From Pseudomonadota bacterium (GTDB lineage Bacteria > Pseudomonadota > Alphaproteobacteria > Sphingomonadales > Sphingomonadaceae), in the NCBI GenBank assembly GCA_040388355.1, contig JAZKCD010000016.1:2137-66136 (forward strand): a DNA stretch of 64,000 nucleotides, read 5' to 3'. Under the pieces are notes generated by a model. It saw nothing but the letters and a program-made list of their open reading frames with translations, was not told the origin of the DNA and did not search any database. Below are positions 10,518-19,659 of the stretch, piece after piece. Made by a program: the position numbers and the translations under genes. Numbering within the stretch: the stretch's first letter is position 1; each line of letters opens with the position of its first letter.

Positions 10518-11006
10518 ATGGAAGGTGGCATGGACCGCCCCAACTACATCACCCCCGCGGGCTATGCCGCGCTCAAGGCCGAATATGACGCGCTGCTCTC
10601 GGGCGAGCGGCCGAAGCTGGTCGAAGTGATCAGCTGGGCGGCGGGGAATGGCGACCGCTCCGAGAATGGCGACTATATCTACGGCCGAAAAAGGCTGCGC
10701 GAGATCGACCGGCGGCTGGGATTTCTGGCGAAGCGGATGAAGGCCGCCAAGGTCGTCGATCCGGCGCAGCAGCCCGACCGGGCGCGGGCGTGGTTCGGGG
10801 CGACCGTCACCGTCGCCGACGCGGACGACAATCAGCGCGTGCTCACCCTGGTCGGCGACGACGAGGCCGATGCCGGCGCCGGACGGGTCGGGTGGAATTC
10901 GCCGTTCGCGCGTGCGCTGCGCGGTGCCGCGGTCGGGGATCTGCGGCGCGTCACCCTGCCCGGCGGCGAGCGCGAGTTTGAGGTGACTGCGGTCACTTAT
11001 TCCTGA
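10518..11006 (+). CDS. greB: Transcription elongation factor GreB
   Basis: NYITPAG, ERPKLVEVISWAAGNGDRSENGDYIYGRKRLREIDRR. Confidence 0.93.
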   Translation: MEGGMDRPNYITPAGYAALKAEYDALLSGERPKLVEVISWAAGNGDRSENGDYIYGRKRLREIDRRLGFLAKRMKAAKVVDPAQQPDRARAWFGATVTVADADDNQRVLTLVGDDEADAGAGRVGWNSPFARALRGAAVGDLRRVTLPGGEREFEVTAVTYS

Positions 11007-11126
11007 AAGCGACGGAAAATGCAGGGCTTGCGGTGAATCGCGGCAATGCCGTGCTGCGATGCGGGACGCGCGTGCTACACCTGCCTTCTGCCGAGGCGTT
11101 TTTCGGCGGGTGTGAGCGAGGGGACT

Positions 11127-11402
11127 ATGGCGACACAGCGTATCCTGGTGTCGGGACGGGTTCAGGCCGTCAGCTATCGCGACTGGACGGTGCGCACCGC
11201 GCAGAGGCTCGGGCTGAAGGGCTGGGTGCGCAATCTGAACGACGGCCGCGTCGAAATCCTTGCCGATGGCGAGGAGGAAGCGATCGGCAAGCTGGTCGAC
11301 GCCTGCCGCGAAGGCCCGCCGCTGGCGCGGGTCGATCATGTCGAGGCCCACAACGACACCGACAAGCCGTGCAAGGGCTTTACGAAAAGGCTGCGGGCTT
11401 AG
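11127..11402 (+). CDS. acyP: Acylphosphatase
   Basis: VSGRVQAVSYR, GWVRNLNDGRVE, GPPLARV. Confidence 0.92.
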   Translation: MATQRILVSGRVQAVSYRDWTVRTAQRLGLKGWVRNLNDGRVEILADGEEEAIGKLVDACREGPPLARVDHVEAHNDTDKPCKGFTKRLRA

Positions 11403-11412
11403 GAGTCACGAT

Positions 11413-11560
11413 TACACCTCTCCCGCTTTCGCGGGAGAGGGAGGGGCCCGCCGCGAAGCGGTGGGAGGGTGAGGGTCTTCTTCTTCTTCTTCTTCGGGCG
11501 CTCGAAGGAAGAAGACCCTCACCCAACCCTCTCCCGCGAAAGCGGGAGAGGGCTAAGAAG
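11413..11560. repeat. Composite palindromic intergenic element (family A)
   Basis: cctctcccgctttcgcgggagagg...gagggtcttc-loop-gaagaccctc...ccctctcccgcgaaagcgggagaggg; other copies at 29764 and 34982, and a partial one at 44420. Confidence 0.92.
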
Positions 11561-11642
11561 AAGGCAAGTCCCTCATTGCCGCGGCGATTGACCGCCGCAG
11601 CCCCCTGTGGGACGTTCCCCGCATCCACAGGGGAGAAGAGTC

Positions 11643-12029
11643 ATGCCGATACCCGCGACCTGGTCCGATAAATTGCTGAGCGTGCTGCGCATCGTCGTGG
11701 GCCTGGGCTTCCTCCAGCATGGCACCTCCAAATTCTTCGGCGTTCCCCCCTTCCCGGTGCCCGGACCGCTCAGCCCGCTGATCACCGCCGCGGGCGCGCT
11801 CGAGCTGATCGGCGGGGCGATGATCGTGATCGGGCTGTTCACCCGGCCGACGGCCTTCATTCTCTCGGGCATGAGCGCGGTCGCCTATTTCATGGTGCAC
11901 GCACCCAAGGGCTTCTTCCCCGCCGCGAACGGCGGCGAGCCGGTCATGCTCTATTGCTTCGTCTTCCTCTACCTCGCCGCGGCGGGCGGCGGCGCTTGGA
12001 GCGCGGACCGGGCGATGGGCAAGGGCTGA
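11643..12029 (+). CDS. DoxX family membrane protein (copy 1)
   Basis: LRIVVGLGFLQHGTSK, ELIGG, GLFTRP, NGGEP, GGGAWS. Confidence 0.88.
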   Translation: MPIPATWSDKLLSVLRIVVGLGFLQHGTSKFFGVPPFPVPGPLSPLITAAGALELIGGAMIVIGLFTRPTAFILSGMSAVAYFMVHAPKGFFPAANGGEPVMLYCFVFLYLAAAGGGAWSADRAMGKG

Positions 12030-12409
12030 TGCCCTTGCCCGGCGGCTGGGCGGCGGCGCTGCTGAGCGTGATGCGCGTGGCGGTGGCGCTCGCCTTCATC
12101 CAGCACGGCACCGACAAATTGTTCGGCTTTCCCGATTTCGGGGGATCGCCCGACGCGCTGACGCTGCCGCTCGGCATCCTCGAGGCCGGCGGCGGCGGGC
12201 TGGTGCTGCTCGGGCTGTTCACTCGGCCGGTCGCCTTCGTGCTTTCGGGGCAGATGGCAGTGGCCTATTGGTGGATCCACGCGCCGGGGAGCTTCTTCCC
12301 CGCCGCGAACGGCGGCGAACCGGCGATGCTCTATTGCTTCGCCTTCCTCTATCTGGCGGCGGCAGGCGGCGGGGCATGGAGCCTCGACGAACTCCGCAGG
12401 AAGGCCTGA
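12029..12409 (+). CDS. DoxX family membrane protein (copy 2)
   Basis: Same motifs as copy 1; TGATG stop/start overlap at 12027-12031. Confidence 0.88.
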   Translation: MPLPGGWAAALLSVMRVAVALAFIQHGTDKLFGFPDFGGSPDALTLPLGILEAGGGGLVLLGLFTRPVAFVLSGQMAVAYWWIHAPGSFFPAANGGEPAMLYCFAFLYLAAAGGGAWSLDELRRKA

Positions 12410-12414
12410 GCATT

Positions 12415-13134
12415 ATGGCGATCGACGACCATGTCATGAGCAACATCGCGCTGCTGATCGACGCCGACAACGCCTCGCCGGGGTCGCTCGACCCGGTGCT
12501 GACGGTGCTGGCGGAGCTCGGCAACGTCAACATCCGCCGCGTCTACGGCAACTGGAAGAAGGCCGAGCTCAAGGGCTGGGCCGAGCGCACGCTGAGCCAC
12601 GGCATCGAGCCCTTCCAGCAATTCGACCTGACCAAGGGCAAGAACGCCACCGACATGAAGATGACGATCGACGCGATGGACCTGCTGTTCCGCGGGCGCG
12701 TCACCGGGTTCGGGATCATGTCGTCCGATTCGGACTTCACTCCGCTGGCGATGCGGATCCGCCAGGAAGGGCTCGCGGTCTATGGCTTCGGCACCGACCG
12801 CACCCCCGAGGGCTTCCGCGCGGCGTGCACGCGCTTCATCGATGTCGGCGCGCTGACCAAGGTGCACGAGGCCGAGAAGGCCCCTGCCCCGCTGCTCACC
12901 AACAGCGAGATCGATTCGGCGACGGTGACGCTGCTGATCGATGCCTACAACGCCGCCCGGCGCGACGAGCAGGGCTATGCCAGCCTGTCCGAGATGGGCC
13001 AGCTCGCCGGCAACCGCTCGAGCTTCGACGCGCGCAACTACGGGTTCAAGCGGCTCTCGGACCTGATCCGCAAGGTCCCCAATTTCCAGCCGGAGCTGCG
13101 CGACGGGCGGATGTATGTGAAGCGGGTGCGCTAG
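12415..13134 (+). CDS. NYN domain (LabA/DUF88) protein with C-terminal OST-HTH/LOTUS
   Basis: LLIDADN, RVYGNW, KNATDMKMTIDAM, SSDSDF; C-terminal FDARNYGFKRLSDLI. Confidence 0.9.
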   Translation: MAIDDHVMSNIALLIDADNASPGSLDPVLTVLAELGNVNIRRVYGNWKKAELKGWAERTLSHGIEPFQQFDLTKGKNATDMKMTIDAMDLLFRGRVTGFGIMSSDSDFTPLAMRIRQEGLAVYGFGTDRTPEGFRAACTRFIDVGALTKVHEAEKAPAPLLTNSEIDSATVTLLIDAYNAARRDEQGYASLSEMGQLAGNRSSFDARNYGFKRLSDLIRKVPNFQPELRDGRMYVKRVR

Positions 13135-13141
13135 GAATCGC

Positions 13142-14560
13142 ATGCAAGGCGGAATGCTGATCGGCCTCGGGCTGTACCTCGCGGCCATGCTGGCGATCGG
13201 CGCCCATGCCTGGCGCGGATCGGGACGCGACATCGACACGTATCTGCTCGGCGGGCGGCGGCTGGGGCCGGTGGTGGCCGGGCTGAGCGCGGGGGTCTCG
13301 GAGCTGGCGGGCTGGACGATGCTCGTGCTGCCCGCGGCGGTGTTCGCGGGCGGGCTTTCCGCGGCGTGGGTTGTGGTCGGTCTCATCGCCGGCACCTTGC
13401 TCAACTGGATCGTCGTCGCCCCGCGGCTGCGCGCCCGCAGCGCGTTGGTCGGTGACGCGCTCACCCTGCCCGACTATCTCGGGAAACGCTGGCCGAATGG
13501 CGACCTTGTGCGCGGGGTGGCGTCGGTGCTGATCGTCCTTCGCACCCTGTTTTGCGCCGCGGCCGGGCTGGCCGTGGCCGGCGCGGTCTCCGCCGCGCTC
13601 GGGACGGGCTATGCGACCGGCGTGATCGGCACCGCGATCGTGGTCGCGGCCTATACGCTGCTGGGCGGATTCCGCGCGGTGACGCTGACCCAGGCGGTCC
13701 AGGCCTGCCTGATCGTCGCGGCGCTCGTGATCGTGCCCTGGGTCGCGATCTCGGGGATCAAGGGCTGGGACGTGGCGCAGGGGGCAATCCGCTGGGCGAA
13801 CCGCGCGGCGCTCGACCCGTTCGCCGGGACGACGACGCTGGGGATCGTCTCGATGCTCGCCTGGGGGCTCGGCGCTTTCGGGCAACCGACCATCCTGCTG
13901 CGCTTCATGGCGATCCGTTCGGCCCGCGACGTGCCCGTGGCAGGCGCGGTCGCAGTCGCGTGGACCGCCGCGGTGCTGGCGGGAGCAGTGATGCTCGGGC
14001 TGGGCGGGCTCGCCTATGTGACCGCGCGTGGAGTCGAGGGGACGGACTCCGAAGCGTTGCTCCTGCTGCTCGCGCAGCTGCTATTTCATCCGGTCATCGC
14101 CGGTTTCCTCGTCGCCGCAGTGCTGGCGGCGATCATGGCCGGGCTCGCGGCACAGTTCCAGGTGGCGGCCGGCTCGATCGCGCAGGATCTGGTGCGACGC
14201 TTCCGGCCCGGGACGGGCGTGCCGGCGGCGCGGCTCGCGGTGACCGGGTTTGCGATTGCTGCGACGCTGCTGGCCCTCGATCCCGCCACCTCCGCGCTCA
14301 GGCTCCTGACCCTCGGCTGGGCCGAGTTCGGCGCGGCGTTCGGGCCGGTGGTCATCCTGAGCCTGTTCTGGGAGCGGACGACGCAGGGCGGCGCGCTGGC
14401 CGGAATGCTGGCCGGCGCCGGCGCGGTGGCCGTCTGGAACGCGCTCGGATCGGGGAATAGCCTTTACGCGATCGTCCCGGGCTTTATCGCGGGCTGGCTG
14501 GCGGTGATGCTGGCAAGCCTGGTCGAAGCGGCGGTGCGCCGCCTGCGTGGAGTGAAATGA
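13142..14560 (+). CDS. Divergent sodium:solute symporter (PutP-like)
   Basis: YLLGGRRLGP, LSAGVS, WGLGAFGQPTILLRFMAI, AAFGPVVILSLFW; about 13 hydrophobic segments. Confidence 0.85.
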   Translation: MQGGMLIGLGLYLAAMLAIGAHAWRGSGRDIDTYLLGGRRLGPVVAGLSAGVSELAGWTMLVLPAAVFAGGLSAAWVVVGLIAGTLLNWIVVAPRLRARSALVGDALTLPDYLGKRWPNGDLVRGVASVLIVLRTLFCAAAGLAVAGAVSAALGTGYATGVIGTAIVVAAYTLLGGFRAVTLTQAVQACLIVAALVIVPWVAISGIKGWDVAQGAIRWANRAALDPFAGTTTLGIVSMLAWGLGAFGQPTILLRFMAIRSARDVPVAGAVAVAWTAAVLAGAVMLGLGGLAYVTARGVEGTDSEALLLLLAQLLFHPVIAGFLVAAVLAAIMAGLAAQFQVAAGSIAQDLVRRFRPGTGVPAARLAVTGFAIAATLLALDPATSALRLLTLGWAEFGAAFGPVVILSLFWERTTQGGALAGMLAGAGAVAVWNALGSGNSLYAIVPGFIAGWLAVMLASLVEAAVRRLRGVK

Positions 14561-16164
14561 TGCGTCTGCTTGCCCTCCCCCTCCTCGCCCTGCTCGCCGC
14601 GTCGCCATCGGCGCAGACCGACCCGGCCCGGCTTTCCGAGACAGTGAAGGTCCTCGCCTCGGACGCGTTCGAGGGCCGCGGGCCGGGAACCTCGGGCGAG
14701 GCGAAGACCGTCGCCTATCTCGTCGAGCGCTTCAAGGCGCTGGGGCTCGAGCCCGGCGGCGAGAATGGCAGCTTCGTCCAGCACGTGCCGATGGTCCACA
14801 CCAGGGTCGGCGCAGGGAGCATGGCGTTCGGCGCGACGCCGGTGACGCAGGGCACCGAGATCAACGTCACCACCGTCCATGCCGAGCCCCGCGTCAAGAT
14901 CGACGCCGCGCCGATGGTGTTCGTCGGCTATGGCGTCAGCGGATCGGGCTGGGACGATTTCAAGGGCGTCGACCTGCACGGCAAGGTCGCGGTGTTCCTG
15001 GTCAACGATCCAGATTTCGAGGCGACCGCTTCGGACGACGCAGCGGGCAAGTTCGGCGGGCGGCGGATGACCTATTATGGCCGCTGGACCTACAAGTTCG
15101 ACGAAGCGGCGCGGCGCGGCGCAGTGGCGGCGCTGATCGTCCATGATACCGGCGGCGCGGGCTATGGCTGGTCGACGGTCAACGCCAACAATGGCGAGAA
15201 TTACGACATCGTCCGCGGGCCGACCGACCCCAAGGTGCCGCTGCAGGGCTGGATCGCGCACGACCAGGCCAATGCGCTGTTTGCGCGCGCCGGGCTCGAT
15301 CTCGATGCGCTCCGCGTGCAGGCGCGCTCGGCGGGGTTCCGGCCGGTCGAGCTGAAGGGCGTCCCCTTCTCCGCCGATCTCGCGGTCGGAGTCGAGCGGA
15401 TCGAGAGCGTCAATGTGCTGGCGAAGCTCAGCGGTGGCAAGCGGCCGGGCGAGACGGTGATGTTCGGCGCGCACTGGGACGCTTACGGCAAGGGCAGCGA
15501 CGGCGCGATCCGGCCGGGCGCAAACGACGACGGGCTCGGCGTGGCCGGGGTGATCGAGCTGGCGCGGCTGTTCAAGGGCGGCGCACGGCCCGACCGCACC
15601 CTGGTGTTCGCGCTGTGGACCGGCGAGGAGCGCGGGCTGCTCGGCTCCGAATATTACGGGTCGCACCCGCTCTATCCGCTGGCGACCACCGCGGCGAACC
15701 TGACGCTCGACATCCTCCAGACCGCGGGCCCGGCGAAGAATGTCGTGCTGGTCGGCAAGGGCGCCTCGAACCTCGACGACGAGCTTGCCGTCGCAGCGGC
15801 GGCGCAGGGACGGACGATCGTCGCCGAGACTTTCGCCGAGCGCGGGCTGTTCTTCCGCGCCGATCATTTCTCGGTCGCGCGGCGCGGGGTGCCGTCGCTG
15901 CTGCTGATGGCGCTGGGCGGCCCGCCCGAACTTGCCGAGGGCGGCACCGCGGCCGGGCAGGCGTGGCTCGACGCGTACATGAAATGCTACCACCAGGCCT
16001 GCGACGCCTGGGACGCCGGCTGGGACCTGCGCGGCGCGGCGGCGGACGTCGACCTGTTCTTCGCGATGGGGACGCGGATCGCCAACAGCCGGGCGTGGCC
16101 GGCCTGGGCGCCGGGGTTCGAGTTCGAGAAGGTCCGGGCAGAGAGCGCGGGCCAGCGGCGCTGA
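14557..16164 (+). CDS. M28 family metallopeptidase with PA domain
   Basis: Signal peptide; AHWD, GANDDGLG, TGEERGLLGS, RADHFS, YHQACD. Confidence 0.9.
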   Translation: MMRLLALPLLALLAASPSAQTDPARLSETVKVLASDAFEGRGPGTSGEAKTVAYLVERFKALGLEPGGENGSFVQHVPMVHTRVGAGSMAFGATPVTQGTEINVTTVHAEPRVKIDAAPMVFVGYGVSGSGWDDFKGVDLHGKVAVFLVNDPDFEATASDDAAGKFGGRRMTYYGRWTYKFDEAARRGAVAALIVHDTGGAGYGWSTVNANNGENYDIVRGPTDPKVPLQGWIAHDQANALFARAGLDLDALRVQARSAGFRPVELKGVPFSADLAVGVERIESVNVLAKLSGGKRPGETVMFGAHWDAYGKGSDGAIRPGANDDGLGVAGVIELARLFKGGARPDRTLVFALWTGEERGLLGSEYYGSHPLYPLATTAANLTLDILQTAGPAKNVVLVGKGASNLDDELAVAAAAQGRTIVAETFAERGLFFRADHFSVARRGVPSLLLMALGGPPELAEGGTAAGQAWLDAYMKCYHQACDAWDAGWDLRGAAADVDLFFAMGTRIANSRAWPAWAPGFEFEKVRAESAGQRR

Positions 16165-16179
16165 GAGAAGATATTATTC

Positions 16180-16320
16180 GCGCAGAGGCGCAGAGAGCGC
16201 AGAGATGAAGGGCGCGGCGCAGCCCCTCGAATATCTTGACGATGCCGACTTCATTGCCGCTGGCGCGGCGCGACCGGTCGCCGCGGGCAAATCATCTCTG
16301 CGCTCTCTGCGCCTCTGCGC
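16180..16320. repeat. Perfect 29-bp inverted repeat pair (cgcagag family)
   Basis: gcgcagaggcgcagagagcgcagagatga (16180-16208) and its exact reverse complement (16292-16320), between convergent genes. Confidence 0.9.
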
Positions 16321-16334
16321 TAACAAACCTTCTT

Positions 16335-16778
16335 CTACGCCTCCGCGATATCCTCGTTCCACAAAGCGGGCTGCTCCGCGATGAAGCGGCGCATCAGGTC
16401 GATGCAGCGCGGGTCGCCGACGATCTCGACCGTGACCCCGCGGCTGCGCAGGAAGTCCTCGTTGCCGCCGAAATTGGCGTTTTCGGCGATCACCACATGC
16501 GGGATGCCGAACTGGACGATCGTCCCCGCGCACATCATGCACGGGCTGAGCGAGGTGTAGAGCGTCGTCCCCGCGTAACTCCGCTGGCGGCCTGCGTTGC
16601 GGAGCGCGTCCATCTCGCCATGCGCGATCGGGTCGCCCTTCTGGACGCGCTGGTTGTGGCCCTCGCCGAGTATCTCCGAACCGCGCGCCAGCACCGATCC
16701 GATCGGGCAGCCGCCCTCCTGATAGCTCTTGAGCGCCAGCGCGTAAGCGCGCGCCAGCAGGGCCGGATCATAGGTCAT
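16335..16778 (-). CDS. Nucleoside/cytosine deaminase (small Zn CDA-type)
   Basis: HGEMDALRNAG, SLSPCMMC, CPIGSVL. Confidence 0.9.
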   Translation of the reverse strand: MTYDPALLARAYALALKSYQEGGCPIGSVLARGSEILGEGHNQRVQKGDPIAHGEMDALRNAGRQRSYAGTTLYTSLSPCMMCAGTIVQFGIPHVVIAENANFGGNEDFLRSRGVTVEIVGDPRCIDLMRRFIAEQPALWNEDIAEA

Positions 16779-17560
16779 TCGCGCGGCAAGTTGCCGATAG
16801 CGGGGATCGCACGCTCGCCCGACTTGCGCTCCGCCAGCAGCGTGCGGAGGAAGCGCAGGGGATTGGTCAGCGCGAGGTGCTGGCGGCCGAAGCGCTTGGC
16901 GTAGAATTCGGGATGGACCAGCGCGCGCGGGCGGCCGAGCGCCTCGATCGCGAGCTTCTCGCCCCAGGCGCGCACCTTCCCGGGCACCTCTCCGCGGAAA
17001 TAGAGGATCATGTTCTGGCGGTACCAGCTCTCCACCCCGGTCTCGTCCCACAGCGCGAGGCGGATCGCGTCGAACGGCGCGAAACCGAGCGCCTCGAACT
17101 TGCGGCCCCAATATTCGGGCCAGCGCTCGTTGACATGGTGCTGGCCGCCCTGGAGCGGGATCGCCGCCGAGACGAGCAGCACGTCGCCCTTCGACGCGAG
17201 GAAGCGCGCCAGCTTGTCGGCACGCGCGGCGGCGACATGCTCGACGAACTCCATCGAGATGACGAGGTCGTAGCGCGGCTGCGGCAGGCTGGGCTCGCCC
17301 TCGGCGGTCTCGAAGTCGAACCGGGTGAACTCGCCCGCCTGGAGGTTCCCGCCCGCAGGCGACCAGGGGCCGTCGACGCCGTGCACGGTTCCCACCCCCG
17401 CCTTGCGGAACGCCTCGAGCCAGCCGCCGGTGCCGCAGCCGACATCGAGCACCGACGACGGCCCGAGCAGCGGCGCCAGCAGCCCTGCGACGATCGCCGC
17501 CGATCGCTCCGAGCCCGAGCGGTACGTGCCGTAGCTGTCGTGGATATAGCCGTCCGCCAT
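16775..17560 (-). CDS. Class I SAM-dependent methyltransferase
   Basis: SVLDVGCGTG, YDLVISMEFVEH, GGQHHVNERW. Confidence 0.85.
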   Translation of the reverse strand: MADGYIHDSYGTYRSGSERSAAIVAGLLAPLLGPSSVLDVGCGTGGWLEAFRKAGVGTVHGVDGPWSPAGGNLQAGEFTRFDFETAEGEPSLPQPRYDLVISMEFVEHVAAARADKLARFLASKGDVLLVSAAIPLQGGQHHVNERWPEYWGRKFEALGFAPFDAIRLALWDETGVESWYRQNMILYFRGEVPGKVRAWGEKLAIEALGRPRALVHPEFYAKRFGRQHLALTNPLRFLRTLLAERKSGERAIPAIGNLPRE

Positions 17561-17571
17561 GCTGTCCTTCC

Positions 17572-18576
17572 CTAGCGCCAGCCGCGGACGACTCGCTCGA
17601 GCCCCGCGACGACGCGTGCGAGCCGCTGGTAATCGACCTTGTCGGGCGTGTCGTGGGTGCTGTGATACCAGGGATAGCGGAACGGCGCGGTGTCGGTGAC
17701 CATCAGCGCGGGAAAGCCGGCCTGCTCGAACGCCCAGTGATCGGACCAGTCGATCCCCTGGACGAAGCCCGGCGCGGTGCCGCCGACGCTGGGGAATTGC
17801 GTCGCCTCGCGGAAGGCGCCGGTCACGCGGCGGACCAGCGGACGCGAGCCGATCGTCCCGACAAAGGCGACGAAGTTTCCCGTGTCCGGATAGAGCAGGT
17901 CGAGCGGGAACGGGTAATGCTGGCTGCCCGGCTTGTCGCTGAACCAGCCGATCGTCTCGAGCGAGACCATGCCGCTGACCCGCTCGCCCGAGGCCTTGAG
18001 GCGATTGGCGTAGACCAGGCTGCCCATCCGGTCGGACTGGAAGAAGGGCGGCTCCTCGTTGACGAACAGCGCCAGCCGGATCCGCACCGCCGCCTTGCCG
18101 CGCAGATCGGCGAGGCTGCGTGCGAGCTCGACCACCGCCGCCGCGCCGCTGGCATTGTCGTTGGCGCCGGGCGCGGTGAAGGCGCTGTCGTAATGCGCGC
18201 CGATGACCAGCGTCGGCGCGGCGGAGTCGGCGGGCTCGATCACGGCTTCGAGATTGCGGACATGGCCGTCGTCGAAGGGCTGGCGGACGACGGCATAGCC
18301 CATCCCGGCCAGCGCCTGCTCGAGATGGAGCGCCGCCGCTTCCAGCGCCTCCGGGTGGCCGGCATTGTGCGGCGTGCTCGCGATCGCCTCGACATGGCCG
18401 CGCAGCCGCTGGGCGAGCGCGGCCTCGGCCGGGGTGAGCGGCGGCAAGGCCCCGGCGAACGACTGCCCGGGAACCGCGGTCATCCACAGCAAGGCCAGCA
18501 CCGGCGCCGCGAAGATCGCAAGGACGATCAGCACCGAGGCGATGCGGCCGCGGTTTTCGCCGATCCAGCCGGTCAT
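17572..18576 (-). CDS. M28 family peptidase, membrane-anchored
   Basis: IGAHYDS, GANDNASG, FVNEEPP, WSDHWAF, YHSTHDT. Confidence 0.9.
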   Translation of the reverse strand: MTGWIGENRGRIASVLIVLAIFAAPVLALLWMTAVPGQSFAGALPPLTPAEAALAQRLRGHVEAIASTPHNAGHPEALEAAALHLEQALAGMGYAVVRQPFDDGHVRNLEAVIEPADSAAPTLVIGAHYDSAFTAPGANDNASGAAAVVELARSLADLRGKAAVRIRLALFVNEEPPFFQSDRMGSLVYANRLKASGERVSGMVSLETIGWFSDKPGSQHYPFPLDLLYPDTGNFVAFVGTIGSRPLVRRVTGAFREATQFPSVGGTAPGFVQGIDWSDHWAFEQAGFPALMVTDTAPFRYPWYHSTHDTPDKVDYQRLARVVAGLERVVRGWR

Positions 18577-19032
18577 CTACAGCGCGCGCCGCTGAAGGAC
18601 GACGGGAATGCCGCGCGCATCGACTTCGTAGCCGCACACCTCGAAACCGTGGCGCAGGTTGAGGATCAGCATCGCGTTGTTGGCGGCGCGGGTGCGGGTC
18701 TCGATCCAGCGATAGCCCGCCGCGGCGGCATCCTCGTGCTGGCGCCCCATCAGCGCCGAGGCGACTCCCTGCCCGCGCAATTCGCCGCGCACCCCGCCGA
18801 GCCAGCTGTAGAGCAAGGCAGCGCCGCGCCGGTAGCCGAGCTTGAAGCCGACCCATTCGCCATCCCGCTCGGCGATCCACAGCATCGGATCGGTCAGCCG
18901 CGGCAGGCGATCGAGGAGGTAGGCATCGTCTGCGGGCTCGAACACTGCGCGATAGAGCGCGAGCAGCGGCGCCGCGGCGTCCTCGATCGGGCCGGACCAG
19001 CGGCGGAAGGCGACGGCTTGCGGATCGGTCAT
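18577..19032 (-). CDS. GNAT family N-acetyltransferase
   Basis: WLGGVRGELRGQGVASALM, NNAMLILNLRHGF. Confidence 0.85.
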   Translation of the reverse strand: MTDPQAVAFRRWSGPIEDAAAPLLALYRAVFEPADDAYLLDRLPRLTDPMLWIAERDGEWVGFKLGYRRGAALLYSWLGGVRGELRGQGVASALMGRQHEDAAAAGYRWIETRTRAANNAMLILNLRHGFEVCGYEVDARGIPVVLQRRAL

Positions 19033-19043
19033 GCGAAGCGCGC

Positions 19044-19403
19044 TTATTGCTGCCCCATCGCAACGATGCAGCCGCCTTCGAGCCTGAGCGTCGAATTCAT
19101 CTCGCGGTCGCCAGTTTTGGTCCGCACCGCGATGCCATCGGCCGTGCTTGTGACGTCAACGATGTCGATCTGGCCGTGATCGTTCGACGCCACCAGCATC
19201 GACAGGATATCGGTGAGCTTCATCGTCGCCTCGCCCGGCGCGTGCGCGAAGGTGGCGTCGGCCTTGACGAAGCGCCCCATCGCCACCTCGTCGCGCGCAT
19301 TGATCGCGCCGATGAACGCCCGGACGGTTTCGACATCGGGCTTCGCGGCCGGGCCGGGCGTGCAGGTCGCAGTGACGGCGAGCAGGGCGAGGGTGAGGCT
19401 CAT
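19044..19403 (-). CDS. Secreted hypothetical protein, NTF2/SnoaL-like
   Basis: Signal-like N-terminus; ETVRAFIGAINARD...FVKADATF resembles the NTF2-like fold; good RBS. Confidence 0.55.
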   Translation of the reverse strand: MSLTLALLAVTATCTPGPAAKPDVETVRAFIGAINARDEVAMGRFVKADATFAHAPGEATMKLTDILSMLVASNDHGQIDIVDVTSTADGIAVRTKTGDREMNSTLRLEGGCIVAMGQQ

Positions 19404-19591
19404 CGGGTTTCCTTCGGTTGCGGCGCGAAGGTGAAGGGGTTGCGGGCCGGTGTCCAGTGGCGGGTGCTGTAGGACAATCCCGGCTTGGCTTCACACTTTG
19501 TACGCGAATTGCGCAGGAAAATTTCAAGGCGACGACCGATAATTTCCAACCGGGTTCGGTGCACCGATATTCGATTGTCAAAGAGCGGCTG

Positions 19592-19606
19592 GAACAATAG
19601 AAGAAC
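19592..19606 (+). promoter_or_regulatory. Putative LexA (SOS) box GAAC-N7-GAAC overlapping a sigma70-like promoter
   Basis: gaac-aatagaa-gaac; TTGTCA (19575-19580), 17 bp, TAGAAG (19598-19603). Confidence 0.6.
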
Positions 19607-19659
19607 ATTGCTCGGTAGGAAAGCGTGCAAGCGAAGGAGCTTCGTGATAGGATCGCGCC

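Noticed and set aside
19400-19630. 76-aa minus-strand ORF and overlapping small ORFs in the AT-rich spacer
   Set aside because: No motif, RBS or codon bias; better explained as regulatory DNA.
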